Below are positions 30,590-39,949 of a stretch of DNA of 64,000 bases, in pieces. The position numbers were made by a program, and so were the translations under genes. The notes below the pieces were generated by a model. That model was not told the origin of the DNA. It saw only the letters and a list, made by a program, of their open reading frames with translations, and did not search any database. Where the stretch lies: the NCBI GenBank assembly GCA_038523235.1, contig JBCBJQ010000001.1, positions 147,546 through 211,545 of the forward strand. The letters are read 5' to 3'. Source of the stretch: Cyanobacteria bacterium J06626_4 (lineage in GTDB: Bacteria > Cyanobacteriota > Cyanobacteriia > Phormidesmidales > Phormidesmidaceae). Positions within the stretch are counted from its first letter, which is position 1, and each line of letters begins with the position of its first letter.

Positions 30590-31690
30590 TTAATCGGCAC
30601 AGCGCTGATATTGCTGAGTCCCTGGTAGGCTGCTGACCAATCCCATCAGCTCTAGCTGTGTCAACGCACTCAAAATATCTCCGGTGGATAGCTCCGTCAC
30701 CTGCTGCACGATCTCATCCAGCGATCGCGCTTCGGGCACCACGGCCTGAAAGACGGTCTGTAGCGGCGGCGCTAAGCTCGGCAAAGGCTTGACGGTGGGG
30801 CCTGAGGCAGCGACAGGAATCGCCCCGAGCGCTTCAATCAGCGTATCTTCGCGCAAAATCATCTGCGCCCCCTGACTCAAAATATCTAAGCAGCCATGAC
30901 AACGCACATTGTCTAGCGTGCCGGGCAGGGCAAACACGTCGCGGCCATAATCGTTCGCCAATCGGGCCGTGATCAGCGCCCCTGACTTACGCGGGGCTTC
31001 CGTCACCAACACGGCACGACTCAGCCCAGCAATGATGCGGTTACGCCGAGGAAAATGTACTCGTTCGGGCTGGGTGCCGGGGGGATGCTCACTCAGCAGT
31101 AACCCCGATCGCGCGATCGCCTGATGCAAATCTTGATTGCGATAGGGGTACACGACATCAACCCCTGTCCCTAAAACGGCGATGGTCGCACCGTCTACGT
31201 CTAAACAGCTTTGGTGGGCATCGCGGTCAATGCCGGCGGCCAGACCGGACAGAATCAAAAATCCCGCGCGGCTCAGGGTTTTAGTGATGCGCCGCGTCCA
31301 GCGTTTGCCATAGTCTGACGGACTGCGGGTGCCGACGACGCCCACTCCCGGTCGCCGCTGACAAGCCGACAGTAGATCTAGATTGCCCTGGTAATAAAGT
31401 ACCGGAGGCGGATCAGGGATTTCATACAGCAGATCGGGATAGGCCGCATCAGCTGGCGTCACAAACTCACCGGGGGCCGTTGCTACCTGACTCAAATCGA
31501 GTTGAGAGCGGTGTTCGGCGATCGCCCACCCCAACTTCAGCCCGATGCCCTCAACCGCCAAGAGTTGATCCGGTGAGGCTGCCCAGGCCGCTTCTAGGGA
31601 ACCAAAGTGCACGGCCAATCGCTTTTGTAAGATGGGCCCTAACCCGGGAATCTGGCCTAAGGCAAACCACAATGCTCGTTCTTGAGACAC
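30590..31690 (-). CDS. dprA: DNA-processing protein DprA (ORF extends to 31879; GTG at 31690 is the likelier start)
   Basis: HhH/SAM N-terminus, VVGTR, SGLAAGID..AH, FPRRNRIIAGLS, SGALITA, C-terminal wHTH. Confidence 0.93.
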   Translation of the reverse strand: MSQERALWFALGQIPGLGPILQKRLAVHFGSLEAAWAASPDQLLAVEGIGLKLGWAIAEHRSQLDLSQVATAPGEFVTPADAAYPDLLYEIPDPPPVLYYQGNLDLLSACQRRPGVGVVGTRSPSDYGKRWTRRITKTLSRAGFLILSGLAAGIDRDAHQSCLDVDGATIAVLGTGVDVVYPYRNQDLHQAIARSGLLLSEHPPGTQPERVHFPRRNRIIAGLSRAVLVTEAPRKSGALITARLANDYGRDVFALPGTLDNVRCHGCLDILSQGAQMILREDTLIEALGAIPVAASGPTVKPLPSLAPPLQTVFQAVVPEARSLDEIVQQVTELSTGDILSALTQLELMGLVSSLPGTQQYQRCAD

Positions 31691-31883
31691 CGCTGTGCTC
31701 CCTGCATCAATGGGTTTAGGATGCCCCAGGGAGGGGTGGCAGACACAGCGGGAGAGGCGGAACCATGCCCGTCTGCGGGTTCTCTCAACTGAGTCTGAAT
31801 TCGCATGCGGCAAGCGATGCATAGTCGAAGGGATGACCCGCCCTAGTCGCGACGGCAGCCCGGTCGCGATGGCACTCATGCCT

Positions 31884-32933
31884 CTATTCGGAAGTTTCTG
31901 GGAGCTTGAGTGGCTGAATGGGCTGAGAGGGGTGCGATCGCTGACGAGCCGGCAAATCGGCCCCAGGCCGCGCTGGTGGCGGCAACGACGATTTAGCTGG
32001 GCGGGTCAACCTGGGTGGCGGCGCGGCGTCGGGGCTCGCCAGTGGAGGAGCCGCCGCGACGCGTAGCTTTTGCAACTCACGACGATAATAGTCTCGTTCA
32101 GCGGCGACTTCTTGATACCGTTGCCCGAGCTTGGTTTTTTCCTCGGCGCATTCTCGCAGCACAGTTTGCAGCTCGTGGATGCAGAGGTTTTGACGGCGCA
32201 GGGTCGACTGTAAAGCACCCGCATCAAGTTCGTCATCATCAACGGCGGTCATGACTTCAGTCGGACTGAGCAAGGCTGCCGATGAGCCCGATGCCGTTGC
32301 CGCTGCCGGTAAAGCTGGCGGTACGGCTTGAGCGCCATCAAACGTGGCTAACTCAGTAATCATCGACTGAATCGTCTTGATCATGTAGCTCAAATTCAGG
32401 TGATGGTTGCCCAAATCACCCTTGAGGCTCCCGAGATGCTGCTTGGCCAAATTCAAGTGCTGGCTCAAATGCACCGCCATGGAGCGAGCGACCCTGACCT
32501 CAGCTTCTAGGGTCAGACAATAGGCTTGCGTATCGGGTTCAGCCGTGGGACTGACCGGTCGCTGCCGCCCCAGATACTGCAGATAGGTTTGCAGTTCGGC
32601 ATGACTCTGCTGAAACTCAATACTGAGATGGTTAAAGGTTTGTTGCTGCTGGTCAATCAGCTCATTGAGACGGTAGCCGATAACGTTTAAGAGATCGTGC
32701 TGCACATGGGCAAATTGAGCCAGCTCTTGCTTCAGATGAGCGATCGCCTGCTGCTGTACATTGGCGTACTTTTCGGTACTGGCGAGTTGCGACTCGATCC
32801 AATGCTTATCTTGGACCTGGGTTTTCAATTCGTTAAGCGAGTTTAAAGCTTGATCGAGAGCCTGTTGCAGCAAGCACACTCGCTGCACCAACTTGAATTC
32901 AAGAGAACCGCTGTGTTGCATAGCCGAATACAA
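31884..32933 (-). CDS. Hypothetical coiled-coil-rich protein
   Basis: 349-aa ORF, Q/L/E-rich heptads, Pro-rich tail; LASTEKYANVQQQAI segment. Confidence 0.65.
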   Translation of the reverse strand: MYSAMQHSGSLEFKLVQRVCLLQQALDQALNSLNELKTQVQDKHWIESQLASTEKYANVQQQAIAHLKQELAQFAHVQHDLLNVIGYRLNELIDQQQQTFNHLSIEFQQSHAELQTYLQYLGRQRPVSPTAEPDTQAYCLTLEAEVRVARSMAVHLSQHLNLAKQHLGSLKGDLGNHHLNLSYMIKTIQSMITELATFDGAQAVPPALPAAATASGSSAALLSPTEVMTAVDDDELDAGALQSTLRRQNLCIHELQTVLRECAEEKTKLGQRYQEVAAERDYYRRELQKLRVAAAPPLASPDAAPPPRLTRPAKSSLPPPARPGADLPARQRSHPSQPIQPLKLPETSE

Positions 32934-33232
32934 AAGTTGGAGATTAGCCGGTGACTCAATCGTGGGTCCTTAATGTAGCAAAGCCCCTCAGGAAATGTTG
33001 TTCACCACATCACACCCCTCACCGTTAGAGACAATTCTTCAACGTCGCTTAAGACTCGGTTTATCTAGAATACCGAGCAATGGCTCGAAAGTAATGCGTG
33101 AACGAGAACGGCTCATGGCTCACACGTTCTGTCCTAACGGCTACCCCCGTTCTCAGCTGACAAGGCCCAACGCGCTCGAGCCCTTAACCCAATAGGGTAC
33201 GATCAAGGCCGTTCTCTGCGGTGCCTGATTGA

Positions 33233-34069
33233 ATGACTTTTTCTGCCAAACCTCGCAAAAAATTTGGCCAGCATTGGCTCAAGAGTGAGCCGATTTTAGC
33301 CCAAATTGTCGCTGCGGCTGAGCTGCAGGCCAGCGATCGCGTGCTGGAAATTGGCCCTGGCACCGGCATATTGACCCAGCGGCTAGTGAAGCAGGCCCAG
33401 CACGTGGTGGCCGTTGAACTAGATTACGATCTCTGCCGTCAGTTGACGACTCAGTTTGCTAAAACCCAAAATCTGCTGCTGCTGCAAGGCGATATTTTGC
33501 AGCTTGACCTCGCTCAGCAACTCGCCTTGGCCAACGATTTGCCGATGCCGAACAAAGTCGTTGCCAACATTCCCTACTATATTACTGGGCCGATTCTGGA
33601 ACGCCTGCTCGGGACGATCGCTCGCCCCCAACCTCGCCCCTTTGACAGCATCGTTCTGCTGGTACAGCGAGAAATCGCCCAGCGGCTCTGTGCTCGCCCT
33701 GGCCATAAAACCTTTGGGGGGTTGACGGTCAAAGTGCAATATCTAGCGGACTGCGAACAAATCTGTGCGGTGCCGCCCAAAGCCTTTCAGCCGCCGCCAA
33801 AAGTTGATTCGGCGGTGATTCGCCTGCGCCCGCGCCTGCTAGCCACGCCCGCCATCGAGCCCCAGCGGCTGCAGCAGTTGCTCAAACTCGGCTTTGGCAG
33901 CAAACGCAAAATGCTGCGCAACAATTTAGCGGCTGTCATCGAGCGATCATCCCTGTTGGCGTTGTTGGCTACACTCAACATCGCGGCGAATGCCCGCGCC
34001 GAAGACCTCAGCGTTGCCGATTGGGTCGCATTGAGTAATAAGATGCTGGAGACACCGAGAGTGTCTTAA
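33233..34069 (+). CDS. rsmA: 16S rRNA adenine dimethyltransferase RsmA/KsgA
   Basis: KKFGQHWL, LEIGPG.G, ANIPYYIT, F.PPPKVDS. Confidence 0.96.
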   Translation: MTFSAKPRKKFGQHWLKSEPILAQIVAAAELQASDRVLEIGPGTGILTQRLVKQAQHVVAVELDYDLCRQLTTQFAKTQNLLLLQGDILQLDLAQQLALANDLPMPNKVVANIPYYITGPILERLLGTIARPQPRPFDSIVLLVQREIAQRLCARPGHKTFGGLTVKVQYLADCEQICAVPPKAFQPPPKVDSAVIRLRPRLLATPAIEPQRLQQLLKLGFGSKRKMLRNNLAAVIERSSLLALLATLNIAANARAEDLSVADWVALSNKMLETPRVS

Positions 34070-34137
34070 CCCTGCCCCAGATTAATGATGGTGAACTGGT
34101 GGTAGATGCGATCGCCGACCACCGGCAGTGAGGTGCC

Positions 34138-35082
34138 ATGCATTCTTATTCTTTATTGGCTGCGGCCAAAATCAACCTATATCTAGAAGTGGTGGGCGAT
34201 CGTCCCGATGGCTATCACGAGCTAGTGATGGTGATGCAAAGCATCGGCCTCGCCGATCACCTCACCATCCGCAGTCTCAACAGTGCGGATATTCGACTGC
34301 AGTGCGATCATCCGCAAGTGCCCAGCGATGCCAGCAACTTGGCTTACCGGGCAGCGGCGCTCTTGCAAAACCGGTTTCCCCAAGCGATGAAGCAGCACGG
34401 TGGCGTCGAGATTACGATTCAAAAAAATATTCCCGTCGGGGCGGGGTTGGCAGGGGGATCGGCGGACGCCGCCGCCGTGTTGGTGGGCGTCGATATGCTG
34501 TGGCAGCTCGGGCTGACCCAAATTGAACTGCAAACCCTGGGAGCAGAACTCGGCTCTGATGTACCCTTTTGCATCTCGGGGGGCACCGCGATCGCCACCG
34601 GACGCGGCGAACAAATTGATTCGCTACAGGGCATCGAGCAGTTTTATGTGGTGTTAGCGAAGTATAGCTCCCTGACGATTTCTACCCCTTGGGCTTATCA
34701 GGCCTATCGGCGAGCCTTTGCAGCAACCTATGTCGATGTCGATACCGCAGGCCAAACCCGCCGCGAGGCCCTCCATTCTGGCCCGATGGTGGCCGCAATT
34801 TATCATCAAGATGGGCCTGACATTGGCCATCACCTGCACAACGATTTGGAAAAAGTCGTTCTCACGCAGCACGCTCAAGTTCAGGCCCTGAAAGACGCCA
34901 TGGCCGCCAGCGGCGGGCTCGGCACCCTGATGTCGGGGTCAGGCCCTACGGTCTTTACCCTGGCTGCCACCCGGACAGAGGCCGAAGCCATCGCGGCGCA
35001 GGTGCGATCGCAGCTGTCTGATCCCGACTTGGAACTTTGGGTGGCCCCCTTTGTGTCAACCAGCGTGCAGTTTAGCCCTTGA
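34138..35082 (+). CDS. ispE: 4-diphosphocytidyl-2C-methyl-D-erythritol kinase
   Basis: AKINLYL, DGYHEL, IPVGAGLAGGS, GSDVPF, MSGSGPT. Confidence 0.96.
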   Translation: MHSYSLLAAAKINLYLEVVGDRPDGYHELVMVMQSIGLADHLTIRSLNSADIRLQCDHPQVPSDASNLAYRAAALLQNRFPQAMKQHGGVEITIQKNIPVGAGLAGGSADAAAVLVGVDMLWQLGLTQIELQTLGAELGSDVPFCISGGTAIATGRGEQIDSLQGIEQFYVVLAKYSSLTISTPWAYQAYRRAFAATYVDVDTAGQTRREALHSGPMVAAIYHQDGPDIGHHLHNDLEKVVLTQHAQVQALKDAMAASGGLGTLMSGSGPTVFTLAATRTEAEAIAAQVRSQLSDPDLELWVAPFVSTSVQFSP

Positions 35083-35226
35083 GCAGCGGTGCGAACCTAA
35101 AATCTCGGTTTGGGTGAGAAGGCACCGCGATTGCCCGTTAGCATTGAAATTGGGGTTATTTGCCCATCGCCAAGGGTACTGGTGAATGCCCCACTGAGCT
35201 TGTTTGTTGAGGAGTAGTGGCCCAAG

Positions 35227-35682
35227 ATGCAAATACAATTTCGTGAATGTGACTTCTTTAGCCTATGGATTTGGATTCAATTTTCCACAGTGCCCTCCAC
35301 CATGGAGCAGCAATACGTCGATGAGATTCTTAATTCCTGGTTCTTTATCGGCAAATTGGGGGGATTCAATGCGGAAAATCTGCAGGTGCAAGACACCGGC
35401 CTGGAAATCAGCTATATGAACTATGACAACACCCAGACCGACAGCACCCTGGTCTCACTGATGCACAACATGGGTGACGTTGAATATGAAGGACTCTGGG
35501 CACGCTGCTGGTTTGACCTGGGCACCTCTGACGCGATCGCGATCGATATTTTGCTCAATGCCCTCAAGCAGTTCAGTCGCGACTATGTGGCGATCGAGCA
35601 AATTATCATCGGCGGTGAAAACGAAGACTGGACCATCCCCGATCATCACCAGCCAGACTTTGTCACAGGCGAGTATAACTAA
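35227..35682 (+). CDS. DUF3531 family protein
   Basis: SWF.IGKLGGFNAENLQV, MHNMG..EY...WARCWFDLGTSD; conserved cyanobacterial pattern recalled from memory. Confidence 0.7.
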   Translation: MQIQFRECDFFSLWIWIQFSTVPSTMEQQYVDEILNSWFFIGKLGGFNAENLQVQDTGLEISYMNYDNTQTDSTLVSLMHNMGDVEYEGLWARCWFDLGTSDAIAIDILLNALKQFSRDYVAIEQIIIGGENEDWTIPDHHQPDFVTGEYN

Positions 35683-35833
35683 CGTCAGTTCGGATTAAGC
35701 AAAACCTGTTACTTTCTCCTCCTGGAAGGGGATTTGGCCCTCAAACTACCCGCAGATCCCTTGTCAGTCTTATCCCGAGCTCAGGTTAATTAGGACTGCG
35801 GCGCTACTTCATGGACTTTGGTTTAAACGGCAT

Positions 35834-35862
35834 GAGGCCATCAGCAACACGCCGATGGCCTC
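35834..35862. terminator. Hairpin between convergent DUF3531 gene and prs
   Basis: GAGGCCATC...GATGGCCTC inverted repeat. Confidence 0.5.
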
Positions 35863-35894
35863 ATCTTTGAGAACTGTGAGTGTTTCGTCAACTC

Positions 35895-36887
35895 TTAACG
35901 AAACATGCTGCTGACCGAGCTTTCTTCATGGATGCGCCAAATCGCTTCGCCGAGCAGATTCGCCACAGACAATGTAGTCAACTGCTCAAATCGTCGCTCC
36001 TCGGGAACAGGGATCGTGTTAGTCACGATCACCTCTTCAAAGATGCCAGCCGAGAGACGCTCTGTCGCCGGGGGTGAAAATACAGCGTGGGTGGCACAGG
36101 CATAAACTCGTTCAGCACCCTGCCGCCGCAATAGCCGCCCCCCTTCACAAATGGTGCCGGCTGTGTCGATCATGTCATCGACTAATACTGCCGTTTTGCC
36201 CTGCACATCGCCGATCAGATTCATCACCTCCGCCACATTGTGGGCTTGGCGACGTTTATCAATAATAGCCAGTGGCGCATCGTTCAGCTTTTTGGCAAAG
36301 GCTCGCGCCCGCGCCACCCCGCCCACGTCAGGAGAAACGACGACCAGATCTTCGATATTTTTGTCAGCAATGTAGTTGACGATGACCGGTGAGGCGTACA
36401 CATGGTCGCAGGGAATATCAAAATAGCCTTGAATCTGGGCAGAGTGTAGATCCATTGCCAGCACGCGATCGGCCCCTGCTGCCGTGATGATGTTTGCTGC
36501 GAGCTTAGCGGTAATCGATTCTCGTCCGGCTGTTTTGCGATCGGCCCGCGCATATCCGTAATAGGGAATCACAGCGGCAATCTGACGCGCCGACGCCCGA
36601 CGACAGGCATCGACCATGATTAATAGTTCCATCAAGTGGTCGTTGACTGGGTAGCAGGTGGGCTGCATCAGGTAGACGTCAGAACCGCGAATAGACTCTT
36701 GAATCTGAATGTACAGCTCGCCATCCGCAAAGCGTTTGCGAACCATTGGGCCTAAATCGATCCCTAAATAGCGGGCCACCTCGCGGGAGAGATTAACGTT
36801 AGCCGACCCCGAAAATAATTTGAGTCGACTGTTGTCGCTCAGGGATGGCAGTGTCGTCTGAAGCGGCAACGTGGCAGAACGAATCAC
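35895..36887 (-). CDS. prs: Ribose-phosphate pyrophosphokinase
   Basis: FADGE, PYYGYARADRK, DLHSAQIQG, SPDVGG, VDDMIDTAGT. Confidence 0.97.
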   Translation of the reverse strand: MIRSATLPLQTTLPSLSDNSRLKLFSGSANVNLSREVARYLGIDLGPMVRKRFADGELYIQIQESIRGSDVYLMQPTCYPVNDHLMELLIMVDACRRASARQIAAVIPYYGYARADRKTAGRESITAKLAANIITAAGADRVLAMDLHSAQIQGYFDIPCDHVYASPVIVNYIADKNIEDLVVVSPDVGGVARARAFAKKLNDAPLAIIDKRRQAHNVAEVMNLIGDVQGKTAVLVDDMIDTAGTICEGGRLLRRQGAERVYACATHAVFSPPATERLSAGIFEEVIVTNTIPVPEERRFEQLTTLSVANLLGEAIWRIHEESSVSSMFR

Positions 36888-37405
36888 AGCAAGCCCCCAA
36901 TTCCCAAAGCATCATGGTAATGCTAACACCCTCTTTCTCGCTTTCTAGCCCACAATTATCTTTATATCTTGGGGCATAGATCGCTCAAAATAGCCTGATT
37001 TGAGCGCAACCCAAATGCAACCTTTCTTGAGGTTTCATTACTAAAATAATTGGTCTTGAGGGCAGGAGGTAGACACCGGCTTGGCCCCTGGCGTCGGCCT
37101 TGATGGTTGCCAAACCATTGGCGTCGCCGTTTCCAGCACGGGCTCTCAGGCGACAGAAAAGTGACGCTCAGTGCTTTGAATTCGGGCGATCGCCCCGAAG
37201 TATAGGCCTGGGCTCATCAACAACCACGCGGCTGAGAGAACATCCGGATTCCTTAATATATAGAGGCGCTGTCGCAACAAAACTCTATCGATGTCGTAGC
37301 AGGTCTTGATGACTCACCGGGCCAGACCCAACACGACAATCGCCCTCAGGACGAGCACCGTCACGCCACTGAGGCGCGTCAATTCAATAGAGAGAGCCGA
37401 GGGGC

Positions 37406-37720
37406 TCAAAATTCCAGCAGCCACTCGGAACTCCGTTCACCCAAATCGAGAGGAATGCTGACCGCCTTGCCCAAGCGGGGGCGATCGCGAGTATCCGCAA
37501 TCACGCCCCGAATATAGTCTGCCTGGCCCCAGCCGACGAGGTAAGTCGCCACCTCGTTGAGATGTGCCAGATACTCATCCTCCGATAGCGGAAAAGAGGC
37601 TTGCTCTAAATACCGCCACATCACCTGCAGAAAAATTTGGCTCTGCAAACGGCGAAACTGCACATCAAACGAATAGCCCCACTTAGACACGATGATTTCG
37701 TGTAGTTCTAGCCCCGTCAT
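37406..37720 (-). CDS. DUF3067 family protein
   Basis: KWGYSFDVQ, LQVMWRYLEQASFPLSE..Y, RPRLGKAVSIPL; divergent from petC. Confidence 0.78.
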   Translation of the reverse strand: MTGLELHEIIVSKWGYSFDVQFRRLQSQIFLQVMWRYLEQASFPLSEDEYLAHLNEVATYLVGWGQADYIRGVIADTRDRPRLGKAVSIPLDLGERSSEWLLEF

Positions 37721-38149
37721 TGCCTTCGCCTCCCAGTGCAGCATTAATATTTTTTAACAACGTTTTGCTCAATCGATTCAGAGGCGTCTGGGGTGCCGAA
37801 CAAGGCCTTCCCCGAAAACACAGAACCCATATTATATGAGGGATACAGCCTTTCGGCTAGAAGCTTTGAAGCAGGCGTCCGGTCATCCGAGGGGCATCGT
37901 TTGTCGGCGACTGAGTAACCTGACTACTGCGATCATCCGTTTCAGCTCAGCGGCCCGATCGCTTGCTACCGCTGAAATGCAATAATACTTAGCAAGAATC
38001 TGACTTTATTCTCATCTTATTCTTTCGTCAGCGTTCTCAGTTGGGGGGTGAGTCTTCTCCTCTCAGGTGAGGTATACGGTCGTCGGGTGATGGCCCTGAC
38101 TCTGATGAATCATCCTGGTCTCTTACTGAACGATATTTGTCTTTAGACT

Positions 38150-38695
38150 ATGACTCAAGCTTCTGAAATGTCTTCTGATGTACCCAGCCTGGGGCGACGT
38201 CAGTTTATGAATTTGCTGACTCTCGGGGCGGCATCTGGGGCGGTTGGAGGGATGCTGTATCCCGTCATTAGCTACTTTGTACCCCCTTCCAGTGGGGGAG
38301 CCGGCGGTGGCACCATTGCCAAAGATTCTCTCGGTAACGATGTGGTCGCCAACGAATTTTTGGCTGACAATGCCCCAGAGGCTCGGGTGCTGGCACAAGG
38401 TCTCAAAGGCGATCCGACTTATCTGGTCGTCACTGACGATGGCAACCTAGAAAAGTACGGCATCAACTCGGTTTGTACTCACCTCGGCTGTGTTGTGCCC
38501 TGGAATGCCAGTGAGAACAAGTTTATCTGTCCGTGTCATGGCTCCCAATACGACTTTGCTGGGAAGGTTGTCCGTGGCCCGGCACCGCTCTCCCTCGCAC
38601 TGGCCCATGCCGATGTGACCGAAGACGGCAAGATTTCCCTGTCGCCGTGGACTGAAACTGACTTTCGCACCGATGAGTCGCCTTGGTGGGCGTAA
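38150..38695 (+). CDS. petC: Cytochrome b6f Rieske iron-sulfur subunit
   Basis: Tat RRQF motif, [14 protein letters not shown]. Confidence 0.97.
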   Translation: MTQASEMSSDVPSLGRRQFMNLLTLGAASGAVGGMLYPVISYFVPPSSGGAGGGTIAKDSLGNDVVANEFLADNAPEARVLAQGLKGDPTYLVVTDDGNLEKYGINSVCTHLGCVVPWNASENKFICPCHGSQYDFAGKVVRGPAPLSLALAHADVTEDGKISLSPWTETDFRTDESPWWA

Positions 38696-38762
38696 CTTGG
38701 GTGATGCATTCCTAGATTCGCTTGCTGTGTTGTTTTTCAAGTTTGGATACCTAAAACTTCTG

Positions 38763-39761
38763 ATGAAGACCCCATTATTGAGCAGCCGTCTTCGCGCTGG
38801 CACCCTGTCTTGGGCACCCGTTGCTAAACGTCTGTCTGTGGCGATCGCCACTGCCTTTATTTTGCTTTCTGGCCTAGTTGTGCTGCCAGAGTCGGCTCAG
38901 GCCTATCCTTTTTGGGCTCAAGACAAGTATGAAGTGCCCCGTGAGGCCACTGGCCGCATTGTCTGCGCTAACTGCCACTTGGCCGAAAAACCGACCTATG
39001 TAGAAGTGCCGCAGTCGGTTAAGCCTGATTCGGTCTTTAAAGCGGTGGTCAAAGTGCCCTACGACCTCGACACCCAACAGGTGCTAGGCGATGGCAGCAA
39101 GGGCGGGCTGAATGTGGGCGCAGTGCTCATGCTGCCCGAAGGCTTCAAAATCGCCCCGCCGGATCGCATTTCTGAAGAGCTGAAGGAAGAGGTTGGCAAC
39201 ACCTACTTCCTCCCCTATTCGGAAGAGCAAGAGAACATTCTCTTGGTGGGGCCACTACCGGGTGAGCAGTATCAGGAAATTGTGTTCCCAATTTTGTCGC
39301 CCGATCCGGCTCAAGACAAGAATGTCAATTTTGGTAAGTATGCGGTGCACGTGGGGGGCAACCGGGGCCGTGGTCAGGTGTATCCCACGGGTGCTAACAG
39401 CAACAACGCTGTGGTGAAATCGACTGTCAATGGCACGGTGACGGATATTTCAGCGGCAGATGCCGGCGGTTACGAAGTCACCGTGCAGTCTGACGCCGGC
39501 GCGGCAGAAACGATCGCGGTACCCGCTGGCCCTGAACTCATCGTGTCAGAAGGGGATGCCGTCACAACGGGCGGCGCTTTGACTAGCGACCCCAACATGG
39601 GTGGCTTCGGTCAGGTCGATGCGGAAATCGTGCTGCAGAGCCCCGGTCGGATTAAAGGTTTGATTGCCTTTATCGCCGCGGTGATGCTGACTCAAATCAT
39701 GCTGGTCTTAAAGAAGAAGCAGGTCGAGCGGGTACAAGCCGCCGAAGGCCTCAGCCTGTAA
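38763..39761 (+). CDS. petA: Apocytochrome f
   Basis: [14 protein letters not shown] heme motif, C-terminal TM plus LKKKQ. Confidence 0.97.
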   Translation: MKTPLLSSRLRAGTLSWAPVAKRLSVAIATAFILLSGLVVLPESAQAYPFWAQDKYEVPREATGRIVCANCHLAEKPTYVEVPQSVKPDSVFKAVVKVPYDLDTQQVLGDGSKGGLNVGAVLMLPEGFKIAPPDRISEELKEEVGNTYFLPYSEEQENILLVGPLPGEQYQEIVFPILSPDPAQDKNVNFGKYAVHVGGNRGRGQVYPTGANSNNAVVKSTVNGTVTDISAADAGGYEVTVQSDAGAAETIAVPAGPELIVSEGDAVTTGGALTSDPNMGGFGQVDAEIVLQSPGRIKGLIAFIAAVMLTQIMLVLKKKQVERVQAAEGLSL

Positions 39762-39808
39762 CTGACTCGCTGATGCGGTGGCTTAGCGACGCATCAATCG
39801 ATTGATAG

Positions 39809-39835
39809 AGAGGGTACCTAGAGGTGCCCTCTTTG
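39809..39835 (+). terminator. Hairpin after petA
   Basis: AGAGGGTACC...GGTGCCCTCT followed by TT. Confidence 0.55.
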
Positions 39836-39949
39836 CGTTTGGGCGCGATCTCCCATACCGTCGGAACGAGACCGCTTTGGCTGAGTTATTTTCAGGACTG
39901 TGCTCTAAATATCCACACAGTGAGCGGACTCCGGATAGCATCTGGGCAA

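Noticed and set aside
38060..38130. CTCTCAGG (glycine riboswitch-like) and CTGATGA (hammerhead-like) words upstream of petC
   Set aside because: The partner motifs (GGAGA..CCGAAG; GAAA core) are absent.
38673..38762. N-terminal extension of petA overlapping petC in the ORF track
   Set aside because: The ATG at 38763 gives a normal signal peptide; the extension is an ORF-caller artefact.
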